From contig JBFWNU010000001.1 in assembly GCA_050250895.1 (NCBI GenBank), forward strand, positions 384,001 to 448,000: a stretch of 64,000 nucleotides of DNA, written 5' to 3'. Of this stretch, positions 37,466-46,317 are shown piece by piece. The notes beneath the pieces are model-generated. The model saw only the letters and a list, made by a program, of their open reading frames with translations. It did not search any database and was not told where the DNA came from. The translations under genes were made by a program, and so were the position numbers. The DNA is from Vulcanimicrobiota bacterium (lineage in GTDB: Bacteria; Vulcanimicrobiota; Xenobia; Xenobiales; JADMJV01). Numbering within the stretch: position 1 is the first letter of the stretch; each line of letters opens with the position of its first letter.

Positions 37466-39207
37466 AATCGGCTCTAGCCGCTCTGGGCCTGGCCCTGGCC
37501 GCCACTCTGGTGGCGGCCATTGCCGGTTCCGGGCGGTTGGGCCAGCGAGTCGAGCACTTCTTCTATGACCAGCGCTTCTTGCAGCGCGAGCGGCTGGGCG
37601 TGACAGTGCCGGTTCACCCCGACCTGATGCTGGTCACCATCGACGAAGAGACCTACCATATTCTAGAAGAGCCGCCGGCACTCTGGCTGCCCCACTTCGG
37701 TCGCCTGCTCGAAGGCCTCTACGCCGCCGGCGCCCGCACCATCGGCCTGGATTGGATCCCCAGCTACGCGCCGCCGGAACTTTTCCAGACCTTCGGAGCC
37801 ACCGCCCTGGCCCATCCGGGCCAACTCATCTGTGCGGCCAATCTCGATGGTCGCCTGGTCGTGCCCGCTTCGCCGGTGGTGGCGGCCGTGGGCACCGACA
37901 ACCTGGGTCTGATCACCCTCACCCGCGATGCCGATGGCATCCTGCGCCGGCAACTGACCCAGCCGGTGGCCGAATTGGAGAACATCGAGTTTTTCTCGGT
38001 AGCCTTGTTGCGGGCCCACACTGGGCATTTCGCGGCCCTGCCCGAACGGCTGGCCATCAATTACGCCGGCCCTCCCGCCGAGACTTTTCCGCAACTACCG
38101 ATGCAAGAGGTGCTGCAACGCATCGAAGCCGGCGAAGATTTACGACCGCTCTTCGAAGGGAAACTCGTCCTGGTCGGCTCGGTGGCCAGAGCCGACCTCG
38201 ATCTGGTCGAGACCCCCTTCACCCTGGCTTTTCAGACCATGCCCGGAGTGGAAACCCACGGTCACTTCCTCAACACGGTGCTGTCCAACCTCTACCTGAC
38301 TCCCATACCACCGGCAGCCACCTGGATGGGCCTGCTGCTGCTGAGTTGGCTGGTGGCCCTGGCCAGCCTGCGCCTGGCTCCACTGCCGGCGGCCGCGGTT
38401 GCCGGGCTGGCCGGCCTGGCCTGGCTGGGCCTCGGCCTGCTGCTTTTCTGCCGGGGCGGCTGGTTGCTCACCTCGGCCCCCATGATCGTGGCTCTGCCGG
38501 TGGCTCTGGCCGGCGGCTACGCCTATCGTTATCTTTTCGTCGAGCGGGACCGCCAACGGGTCAAGCGAGTCTTCGGCCGCTACGTCTGTCCCGAAGTGAT
38601 GGAGGAAATGCTGCGCGAGCACCAGCCCGAACAGGCCGTGCGCCGCAAGGTGACGGTCATGTTCAGCGATATCAACGACTTCTCGACGGCCTGCGAAAAG
38701 CTCGAGCCCGAAGAGGTCACGCGCCGGCTCAATCATCACTTCACCGAGATGAGCCGGGTCATTTTTCGCAACCGGGGCACCATCATTCGCTTTATCGGCG
38801 ACGAGTTCATGGTGCTGTTCGGGGCCCCCCGCCCCGATCCTCACCAGGAACGCTCGGCGGTGCGCACGGCCGCCGAGATGGTGGCTCGCCTCGAAGAGCT
38901 GCGGCAACAGGATCCCGACGAGAAGGAAGGCTTTTACTCGATCAAAATCGGAATTCATGTAGGCGACATGATTTTGACCAGCATCGGCAGCCACGAGCGC
39001 AGCGACTATAACTGTATCGGCGACAGCACCAATATGGCCGCCCGGGTGCTGAGCTTGACCAAGCCCACCGGCGCTGGTGTCTTGCTCAGCGAAGACGTCT
39101 ATGCCGTGGTCAAAGACGAACCCGGACTTACCTTTGCCGACCGCGGCGTGCACCCTGTCAAGGGCCGGCGCGGCGAAATCAGAGTCTACGAGCTGGAGGT
39201 CTCATGA
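37462..39207 (+). CDS. CHASE2-domain class III nucleotide cyclase
   Basis: LVTIDEET, RDADGILRR, GKLVLVG, MPGVETHG (CHASE2); 3 TM helices; FSDINDFS, FIGD, IGDSTNMAARV, VKGR. Confidence 0.92.
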   Translation: MKSALAALGLALAATLVAAIAGSGRLGQRVEHFFYDQRFLQRERLGVTVPVHPDLMLVTIDEETYHILEEPPALWLPHFGRLLEGLYAAGARTIGLDWIPSYAPPELFQTFGATALAHPGQLICAANLDGRLVVPASPVVAAVGTDNLGLITLTRDADGILRRQLTQPVAELENIEFFSVALLRAHTGHFAALPERLAINYAGPPAETFPQLPMQEVLQRIEAGEDLRPLFEGKLVLVGSVARADLDLVETPFTLAFQTMPGVETHGHFLNTVLSNLYLTPIPPAATWMGLLLLSWLVALASLRLAPLPAAAVAGLAGLAWLGLGLLLFCRGGWLLTSAPMIVALPVALAGGYAYRYLFVERDRQRVKRVFGRYVCPEVMEEMLREHQPEQAVRRKVTVMFSDINDFSTACEKLEPEEVTRRLNHHFTEMSRVIFRNRGTIIRFIGDEFMVLFGAPRPDPHQERSAVRTAAEMVARLEELRQQDPDEKEGFYSIKIGIHVGDMILTSIGSHERSDYNCIGDSTNMAARVLSLTKPTGAGVLLSEDVYAVVKDEPGLTFADRGVHPVKGRRGEIRVYELEVS

Positions 39208-40061
39208 AACTGCCCTGGACGTTAGCCTTTCTGGTCCTTTTGACCACCGCAACCTTTGCCCGCGAGAAAACAGTGGCCCTGGTGGCCGACGCCCAGGGCC
39301 AGGTCCAACTCGTGCAAGCCGGCCAGAAGAGCCAGGCCTCTCTACTGAGCTATCTGGCCCCGGGCACTCGCCTGGAACTCGGCCCCAAAGCCAGGGCCAG
39401 CCTGGCCTTCGTCGAGGGCGGTCTACGCGTGAACCTGGCCGGGCCCTGCCAGGTGGCCCTGGAAGAATCCGGGGTCAAGCTGCTCGAGGGCGACCCGACC
39501 GCGGTCACCAGCACCCGCCCCCAGACTCGCCAGGGCAAGGCCCTCCCCCGCGATGTCAACATCGCCCGTGGCGGGGGAGTACGCCGCGACCCCGAACTGG
39601 CCTTGACCGTCGGCCAGGCCATCTTGCCGGGCGACGCCATCCACTGGCAGGCGGCCGACACCATCAACGGCTTTCAGATCTTCCTGTGGGAAGGCGACCG
39701 CCGGCTCTTGCGTGAGGAAGTCGAGCGCCAGACCAGGCAACTGGCTCTGGCCCCCGACCTGCTCGAGCCCGGCCACACCTATGAAGTAGAACTGGCGGGT
39801 TACCGAATGAGCGGCCAGGAAGTGGTGCTCAAGAAGTCGGTCAAAGTGCTGGCCACCGAGACCGCCCAACGGGTCAGCGGTCTGGAACAAGGCGCCACCG
39901 GCGTAGCCGGCAAAACCGAGCTCCTGGCCGTCTGCCTCGATCTCGGACTCGACTACAAATCGCTCAACCTGACCGAGGACCTGCTCAAACAACGCCCCGA
40001 CGACGCCAACCTGACCCGCCTACGCAACGAACTGCGCAAAAGCCTCGGCCTGAGCGACTAG
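39204..40061 (+). CDS. Exported protein with FecR-like N-terminal and DUF928-like C-terminal regions
   Basis: Signal peptide; QGQVQL..YLAPGTRLELGPKARASLAF; IHW..LEPGHTYEV..LGLDYKSL..LLKQRPDD..LRKSLGL; ATGA overlap with the cyclase. Confidence 0.6.
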   Translation: MKLPWTLAFLVLLTTATFAREKTVALVADAQGQVQLVQAGQKSQASLLSYLAPGTRLELGPKARASLAFVEGGLRVNLAGPCQVALEESGVKLLEGDPTAVTSTRPQTRQGKALPRDVNIARGGGVRRDPELALTVGQAILPGDAIHWQAADTINGFQIFLWEGDRRLLREEVERQTRQLALAPDLLEPGHTYEVELAGYRMSGQEVVLKKSVKVLATETAQRVSGLEQGATGVAGKTELLAVCLDLGLDYKSLNLTEDLLKQRPDDANLTRLRNELRKSLGLSD

Positions 40062-40119
40062 CTTCTTTCCAGCATTTTTCAGCGGCTCGAGGTAAGCTGG
40101 TGGCAGAGAGGTATGTAGT

Positions 40120-40896
40120 ATGTTTCACGCCATTTCTATATCCGCACGTCCGCACGCCGCGGGCCGCAAGGTCATCGTCGAAACCGGCGCTTCCAGCGCC
40201 TCGTCCACCAGCGAGAAAGTCCGCTTTGCTAAAGGCGACGCTACCGTCACCGAAGAAAGCCTGGCCCAGCAACACGAGAGTGTGACTTTGAGCGTTCCCC
40301 AGAACGCTCCCACCACCGCCGCCCCGACGCCCAATCCCGCGCCAGCGAGCACGGGCTCGACCTACGCCAGTCTCGATCCGGCCCAGCGAGCAACCTTCCG
40401 TTCGGCTCTGCAAGAGCTCGACAAATCCGCCCGCCTGTGGGCCCGCAACGAACACGGCCAACTCGAACGCATTCACGCCGCCACGGCCAAAGAGCGCCTC
40501 GACGGCGGCCAGCCGGTCGAGGTCGTGACGCGAATCGGCCACCAATCGAGCAATTCCTCGGCCAGTGCTTACTTTCAGCACTACGACGGCCACTTGATCA
40601 ACCCGGCCGACATCAGCCGCAACAGCTCCAGCCACAGTGAGGGCACGGTGCGAGCCGAGTACACCGCCTCCCCCCTGCACGACTGGGAAAGCCTCGAGTT
40701 CTTCCAGGGCGACAATCGCGCCGGCGTGCCGGGTACGCCGACCCTACCCGCCTCGGGACAGCCGGTCACCATCTCGCGCGAGTTCGAAAGCCGATGGGAT
40801 CGCCTGCGCACCGAGAACTGGGGAATCTTCACCACCAACAACATCACCTCTAGCGATGGCGGCTACACTCGCCTGAGAGAAGTCGCCGAGAACTAA
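40120..40896 (+). CDS. Hypothetical Ser/Thr-rich protein
   Basis: 258-aa ORF with GAGG upstream; shares a motif set with the next ORF. Confidence 0.7.
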   Translation: MFHAISISARPHAAGRKVIVETGASSASSTSEKVRFAKGDATVTEESLAQQHESVTLSVPQNAPTTAAPTPNPAPASTGSTYASLDPAQRATFRSALQELDKSARLWARNEHGQLERIHAATAKERLDGGQPVEVVTRIGHQSSNSSASAYFQHYDGHLINPADISRNSSSHSEGTVRAEYTASPLHDWESLEFFQGDNRAGVPGTPTLPASGQPVTISREFESRWDRLRTENWGIFTTNNITSSDGGYTRLREVAEN

Positions 40897-40897
40897 C

Positions 40898-42103
40898 ATG
40901 CGTATCGGAGCCAATCCGGCGGGCGTCACCCCGGGCGGGGTGGCGAGCTTGCGCTCATTCGAGCGTCGCTTTCCCATCGCGCCGAAAGATGGTTTTAGCC
41001 CTAGCGCCGAGTTCGACCGCTCGATCCGTCGCGGCCAGCCCATCTTTATGGGCGAACTCGATATGGCCCACCACAGCCGACAGACCTACCGCTCCCAGTT
41101 GCTGTGGGAGTCGGTCGGCAAGGGGGTGTTCGGTGGGGCCGCCGGCCTGGCGCTGAGCAATCTCTCTCCGTGGGGAGCGGTTGCCGGTGCAATGGTGGGG
41201 GTCTACGTGGCCTGGTCTCAGAATGCCCGCACTCGGCAGGGCACGGTCGACCTCGAGGTAGACGGAGTCAAAAGCAAGACCCGGTGGTATCTCAAGCCCG
41301 ACCACTTCGAGGTGCCCAACGAAGTTCGCCAGCTCAAGGCCCTGGCTGACGGTTACGCGGGCGACCGCATCAGCGCCCACACGGGCCAGGCAGCCAGTCC
41401 CGACCCGGCCAGGCTGGCGGCCTGGAAACCTCATCGGTCCGTCCTGGCCTCGCTGGGCCAGGCCCGCCGTCTGGTGGCCGATTTCGGGCAAAAGTCCCAC
41501 TACGGCTACGCTGCCCTCAACCTGGTCGAGGCCCCACTGGCCGAGCAAATGCTGGCCGCCGGCCAGAAAGTCTACGTCGTCAACGGAGCAGAGCCCGAGG
41601 ATCAGGTGCATCACTACCGGGTCGAGTCGCGTAACGCGATGCGCTCGGTGCTGCGGCTAGAAGATCGGCAGGTCATCGAGCGCACCTTCGCGTACAAGCT
41701 GACCCCGCTCGCTGACCCCGAGCAACTGGCGGGAGTGGCCGGCGCCCACGGTCTGCCCGAGGGTATGGTGGGGGTCTACTCCGAACTCGAGAGCCTGACG
41801 CAAACGGTGGTCAGAGACAATCAACAGGGCCAGGCCATCGTGGGCGAAAATTTCCGCGACATCCGCCACCAGAACAGCAGCTTCAGCCGCGATCTGTCGC
41901 TGCCCAGGCGCGAGCCCGTGGCTCAGGTCCATACGGTTCGCGGCCTCGACTGGCGCGGTATTAGCATGATGGGCGGAGCGCTGGCCGGCATCCTGACCGG
42001 CATGAGCGTGCTGCCGGGTGTGCCGACGGCGGCGCTGGCCGGAGTGGTGGCTGGTGGAATCGCCGGCCGTGAGTTCGGTCACTGGCTCAACTTTCGCAAG
42101 TGA
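40898..42103 (+). CDS. Hypothetical protein with two Gly-zipper-like hydrophobic hairpins
   Basis: 401-aa ORF; GVFGGAAGLAL..GAVAGAMVG and GGALAGILTG..GVVAGGIAG. Confidence 0.75.
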   Translation: MRIGANPAGVTPGGVASLRSFERRFPIAPKDGFSPSAEFDRSIRRGQPIFMGELDMAHHSRQTYRSQLLWESVGKGVFGGAAGLALSNLSPWGAVAGAMVGVYVAWSQNARTRQGTVDLEVDGVKSKTRWYLKPDHFEVPNEVRQLKALADGYAGDRISAHTGQAASPDPARLAAWKPHRSVLASLGQARRLVADFGQKSHYGYAALNLVEAPLAEQMLAAGQKVYVVNGAEPEDQVHHYRVESRNAMRSVLRLEDRQVIERTFAYKLTPLADPEQLAGVAGAHGLPEGMVGVYSELESLTQTVVRDNQQGQAIVGENFRDIRHQNSSFSRDLSLPRREPVAQVHTVRGLDWRGISMMGGALAGILTGMSVLPGVPTAALAGVVAGGIAGREFGHWLNFRK

Positions 42104-43302
42104 GCCTCGAAGGCTTTCTCGAGCAGGCCCGCCTGGCCGGCCAAACGCATTCCGCCGGCCAGTTCACCGTCGATGTCGAACGAGCCCTTCAGAAGCTACA
42201 GGCCTATCAGCTGCCCGGCCCCGGTCACTATTTGGCCAAACTCTTTCAGGCCGCCACGCTGTGGCAAGCTCGGAAATTCGAGGTGCGCATCGGGCTACTC
42301 CGAACGGTGGCCGAGTTCGCCTGCAACTACGACGATTCGATGAACGTGGTCCGGTTGGCCGAGGCCATGACCGGACGCGGCCACTGGGTGGCCCCCGCCG
42401 CCCGCCACCTGGGCCTGGCCGTGCGGGGCGCGCTTGGCCCGAGCGGCTGGGTGCAATGGCAGGTCGGCTCGCAATCCTTACAAATCGGAGCCGGTCGCGT
42501 CCAGGTGCACCAACCAGCCCAACCGACCGCCGAACCCGTCTGCGCGCGCTTCGTGCTGGCGCGAGGCGGCCTCTTGGCCGGGCTTGCCAGCTCGGAGGAA
42601 CGCGCCGACGAACATGCGGTGGCTAGCGAGATGGGCCGCTACGCGAGCGTCGCGGTGAGCCTTGACGGCCGGTCCACCGAGCGCGGCTTCGCCTATCCCC
42701 CCAAGGTCGGAGCTGCCTGGTATCAGGACGATTCTATCCGATACCACCTGATGGAAGGCTTCCTGGCTGCCCACGCTGGCCTGCCAGACTATCACGGACC
42801 CGCCCCCACCCTGGGTCAGTTTCAGGCCGAGGGCGGCGGCATCCACCGCTCCCGTCAGGTCACGTGGGAGGACCAGGCCATCCTGGTGGGTGGCTGGCTG
42901 ACCACCCCTTTGTTTCTCTATGCCGATCCCGCCCTGCAGTATGGGACGGGCTATGGGGCCCGCTTCTGCCTACCGCTGGAACTCAGAGGCCCGGCCCGGT
43001 TGACCCTGATGCTCGACGGCGCACCGGCCCGGCCCAAGCAGGTCGAGCTGGGTTGCCCGGGCTTGCAGTGCGTGGCCTCTGGCCAGGGGTTGGCGATCGA
43101 CCTGAGCGAGTTTCAGGTCATCGAGGACGCCGCCTACGAAGCCCGCCTTAAATCCATCCGCGCGGCGGCCCGCCAATTCCTTGAGCAGGTCAACAGCCGA
43201 GCCGACCGTTACCTGCCCGCCTACACCGGCTACCGGGCAGGCAAGCTCGACCGCTTCCAGGCCCACCTCCGCTCCAAGCTGCCGGCAAGCAACGGAAGCT
43301 GA
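42100..43302 (+). CDS. Hypothetical protein with degenerate HtpG/GHKL-like N-terminus
   Basis: GQFTVDVERALQKLQAYQLPGPGHYLAKLFQAA; paralogous to 47759-49123; GTGA overlap with the previous gene. Confidence 0.7.
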   Translation: MSLEGFLEQARLAGQTHSAGQFTVDVERALQKLQAYQLPGPGHYLAKLFQAATLWQARKFEVRIGLLRTVAEFACNYDDSMNVVRLAEAMTGRGHWVAPAARHLGLAVRGALGPSGWVQWQVGSQSLQIGAGRVQVHQPAQPTAEPVCARFVLARGGLLAGLASSEERADEHAVASEMGRYASVAVSLDGRSTERGFAYPPKVGAAWYQDDSIRYHLMEGFLAAHAGLPDYHGPAPTLGQFQAEGGGIHRSRQVTWEDQAILVGGWLTTPLFLYADPALQYGTGYGARFCLPLELRGPARLTLMLDGAPARPKQVELGCPGLQCVASGQGLAIDLSEFQVIEDAAYEARLKSIRAAARQFLEQVNSRADRYLPAYTGYRAGKLDRFQAHLRSKLPASNGS

Positions 43303-43446
43303 CTTCGTCCGTAATTCCCTCGTCGCGGTTGCGTCAGACATCCCTTGCCGCCGATGCCTGCCTGGCCGCTTGACGCCGACTTCCACCTGGGCCGGGCTGG
43401 CCTTTGCCCGAAAGGCCGAAGGCTCGCCATCCGCGAAAACCTAAAG

Positions 43447-43767
43447 GTGAATGATCACGAGAGAATCGATGCCTGGTCGCTGGCGATGATGACGGAAATC
43501 GTGGCCAGGATCGATGCAGACCCTGAGCGGCGCGGCCTGGAGAAGGCTCGCGTAACGTTGCAACGCTGGCACGAGAACGGGGCCAATCGAGCCACCACCG
43601 AGTGGCTCGCTCTGCTGGAGCTGCCCTGGGACAAGCTCAGAGTTCGTCTGCTTGACGAGGGTGATGAAGGGCAACGTCTTCGTTCAAGCGCCCCATTTTG
43701 TGGTGTGCTTGACCCTCGCGAGAGGCTAGAGATCTTCCGAGAATTTCGTGCGACGCGACCAGCTTGA
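43447..43767 (+). CDS. Small helical protein, putative partner/antitoxin of the downstream nucleotidyltransferase
   Basis: HERID..SL..ARVTLQRW..EW..LL..EGQRLRSSAPFCGVL..ER; GTG start at 43447; overlaps the next gene by 20 bp. Confidence 0.65.
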   Translation: MNDHERIDAWSLAMMTEIVARIDADPERRGLEKARVTLQRWHENGANRATTEWLALLELPWDKLRVRLLDEGDEGQRLRSSAPFCGVLDPRERLEIFREFRATRPA

Positions 43768-44287
43768 ACATATTCTGAGGGCCGCCGGTGCCGTGGTCGC
43801 CGAGGATGTCATGATCGTGATCGGAAGCCAGGCTATCCTGGCCTCTCATCCAGAACCTCCGGAAGAGCTTACCTTCTCCGCCGAAGCCGATCTCTATCCC
43901 CGGGACGCCCCGGAGAAGGCGGATCTCATCACCGGCTCTCTCGGTGAGTTTTCGATATTTCACGAAACATTCGGCTACCATGCCGATGGTGTCTCACCCA
44001 CCACTGCGGTGCTTCCTGCGAGCTGGCGTGACAGGCTCGTCCCTCTCTCGAACGAAAACACGCGGGGAGTGACAGGACTTTGCTTGAGTGCGGTGGACAT
44101 CGCCATCAGCAAGTTGGCTGCCGGCCGAGACAAGGATATCCGCTACCTAATCGCCCTGTTTCACCACGGACTAGTCCGCCCCGACGAAGTATCCCGCCTG
44201 ACCGGGGAACTCGGCCCGGAAGTGAGGGAACTCATCGAGGGCAGGCTAGAACTCGTCGTTCGTCTCGCCGAAAATCGTGCAACCTAA
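43748..44287 (+). CDS. DUF6036-like nucleotidyltransferase-fold protein
   Basis: VIGSQAIL..SAEADL (GS..ExD), FHETFGYHADGV, LPASWRDRL, SKLAAGRDKD. Confidence 0.75.
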   Translation: MRRDQLEHILRAAGAVVAEDVMIVIGSQAILASHPEPPEELTFSAEADLYPRDAPEKADLITGSLGEFSIFHETFGYHADGVSPTTAVLPASWRDRLVPLSNENTRGVTGLCLSAVDIAISKLAAGRDKDIRYLIALFHHGLVRPDEVSRLTGELGPEVRELIEGRLELVVRLAENRAT

Positions 44288-44300
44288 CCGGTGGCGAGCT

Positions 44301-44838
44301 TCGCTCTCTCCTCGCTGGCGAGCGAAGCGATGCCGCGCTCCCCTCTCCGGGCGCAGCCCGGCTCCTCTCTCACCGGCAAAGCCGGTGCTCGCAGCGGCTT
44401 GCCGCTCCAAAGTTACGACGCGAAGCGTCGAGTACCTCAAGAACTCGAGGTGAGCCAAAGCGAACCTCGCTCCCTCCTCGCTGGCGAGCGAAGCGATGCC
44501 GCGCTCCCATCTCCGGGCGAAGCCCGGCTCCCCTCTCACCGGCAAAGCCGGTGCTCCCCTCTCGCCGACAAAGTCGGCGCCGCTCCCCTCTCGCCGACAA
44601 AGTCGGCGCCGCTCCCAGCGGCTTGCCGCTCCAAAGTTACGACGCGAAGCGTCGAGTATCTCAAGAACTCGAGGTGAGCCAAAGCGAACCTCGCTCCCTC
44701 CTCGCTGGCGAGCGAAGCGATGCCAGCGCTCCCATCTCCGGGCGAAGCCCGGCTCCCCTCTCGCCGACAAAGTCGGCGCCGCTCCCCTCTCGCCGACAAA
44801 GTCGGCGCCGCTCCCCTCTCGCCGACAAAGTCGGCGCC
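44301..44838. repeat. Modular REP/BIME-like tandem hairpin mosaic
   Basis: Units at 44301-44466 (166 bp), 44467-44690 (224 bp = 166 + 2x29) and a partial unit at 44691-44838; five copies of the 29-mer CTCCCCTCTCGCCGACAAAGTCGGCGCCG, the last differing at its final base. Confidence 0.9.
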
Positions 44839-45042
44839 CGCCGTTCATCTTTTCTTCATCTCCCGGCAAAAAGATGGTAACGCCCCGGCATCAGCCGGTT
44901 CACATCGGCCGGCTAGGCTAGAAGTGGCCGGCGGCGAGAAACAAAGGCTCCACTATCGTCGCCGGCCGCTTTTCCTGAAGGAGATCGGGGGTCCAACGGA
45001 AACTCTACAGATAGCCTTAAGGAGTTGGGAATCTAGGGAATC

Positions 45043-45414
45043 ATGTCCAAGCGCGTTCTGCTCGTCGATGACGAAGACGATATCCGAGAAGTGGCTCAAG
45101 TCAGCCTGGAAATGGTGGGCGGCTGGACCATCTACACCGCCAATTGCGGCTCGATGGGTATCGAAGTCGCGGCCAAGGAAAAGCCCGACGCCATCCTGCT
45201 CGATGTGATGATGCCCGACATGGACGGGCCGACCACGTTCCAGAGGCTTCAAGAACGCGACGATACCAGGGGCATCCCGGTCATTCTGCTGACCGCCAAA
45301 GTGCAGGCCGCCGACAAGAAGCGGTTTGAAGAACTGGGCGTATCGGGGCTCATTCCCAAGCCCTTCGACCCGATGACCCTATCCGAGCAAGTCTCGGCGA
45401 CCCTGGGCTGGTAG
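45043..45414 (+). CDS. Single-domain response regulator (CheY-like)
   Basis: VLLVDDEDD, LLDVMMPDMDG, LTAK, KPF. Confidence 0.95.
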   Translation: MSKRVLLVDDEDDIREVAQVSLEMVGGWTIYTANCGSMGIEVAAKEKPDAILLDVMMPDMDGPTTFQRLQERDDTRGIPVILLTAKVQAADKKRFEELGVSGLIPKPFDPMTLSEQVSATLGW

Positions 45415-45418
45415 GGCC

Positions 45419-46216
45419 TTAGCCGGCCGCCCGGGTCTTACCGGGCTGGCTGAGCGGCTCGGGACGAGTGTCTACCTGGCCGGGGCCGCGCACGGCCACC
45501 GGTCGCTTGATGGCGATGGGGCGTTTGAGGATCACCCAGCGGAACCAGAACACGAACACGTCGCGCAGGCTGCGCAGCACGTGGCGGATTCCGCCACCTT
45601 TGGCCGTGCCCTTTTTGCGAGGATGGAACACCACCTCGACCTCACCGATGGAATAGCCGAGATAGTGAGCTTTGAGCAGCAACTCGGGGGACACGAACGA
45701 GCTACGACCCTCGATGCGAATCTGCTCGAACAGCGAGCGACGGTGAAACTGGACCGTCTGATAGGCTCGCAATTTGAGGGGGAAGAGCGTTCTGATGAGC
45801 GTCAGGTTGCCCAGGGTCAGCAGCTTCTGATAGAGGTTGTTGGCCGATAGGTCGGTGCGGCAACCGCTGACCGAATCATACTGTTTGAGGTAGGGCAGAA
45901 TCCAGGTCAGGTCCTCGGTGTCGAAAAAGGCGTCCACCGTGTTGTTGAAGACGATCTCTTTGCTGGCGTGGCGAAAGCCTACCTCGACATTGGCACCGTT
46001 GCCGACGTTCTCTTCCAGGCGCACGACTTTGATCTGCGGGTATTTTTCGGCCCACACGCTGGCCAGCTCGTGGGTGCGGTCGGTCGAGCCGTCATCGACC
46101 AGGACGATCTCCCAGTCATTGGAAACGGCCGCCAGGTCTTTCACCGACTTCTCGAAGAACTCGTCGACGAGCACCTCTTCGTTGAAGGCCGGCACGACCA
46201 TAGACAGTGAAAACAT
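45419..46216 (-). CDS. GT2 glycosyltransferase, DPM1/polyprenol-phosphate sugar synthase-like
   Basis: VVPAFNEE, LVDDGSTDRT, N.G.G.N...G, ELLLKA, EV.V...PR..G..K; GGAGG RBS before ATG at 46216. Confidence 0.85.
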   Translation of the reverse strand: MFSLSMVVPAFNEEVLVDEFFEKSVKDLAAVSNDWEIVLVDDGSTDRTHELASVWAEKYPQIKVVRLEENVGNGANVEVGFRHASKEIVFNNTVDAFFDTEDLTWILPYLKQYDSVSGCRTDLSANNLYQKLLTLGNLTLIRTLFPLKLRAYQTVQFHRRSLFEQIRIEGRSSFVSPELLLKAHYLGYSIGEVEVVFHPRKKGTAKGGGIRHVLRSLRDVFVFWFRWVILKRPIAIKRPVAVRGPGQVDTRPEPLSQPGKTRAAG

Positions 46217-46317
46217 TTCATTCCTCCGCAGACCGCCAGGCGGCCTGGTTTGTTCAAATTCTAAGCACCATAGCCCGGCGGTCATGCAATCGCCAGGCCC
46301 TATTTTTTAACAAACCG

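Noticed and set aside
33570-39207. Pycsar or caspase-gasdermin defence system
   Set aside because: The cyclase is a CHASE2 membrane receptor, the Crp has a DNA-binding HTH rather than a TIR/TM effector, the caspase is exported, and no gasdermin-like ORF was recognised
44301-44838. CRISPR array (29-bp palindromic repeats)
   Set aside because: The repeats are directly tandem with no unique spacers, and there are no cas genes in the window
44080-45208. Several overlapping ORFs across the repeat mosaic
   Set aside because: Repetitive Pro/Arg/Ser-rich translations of GC-rich repeats with no domain or RBS support
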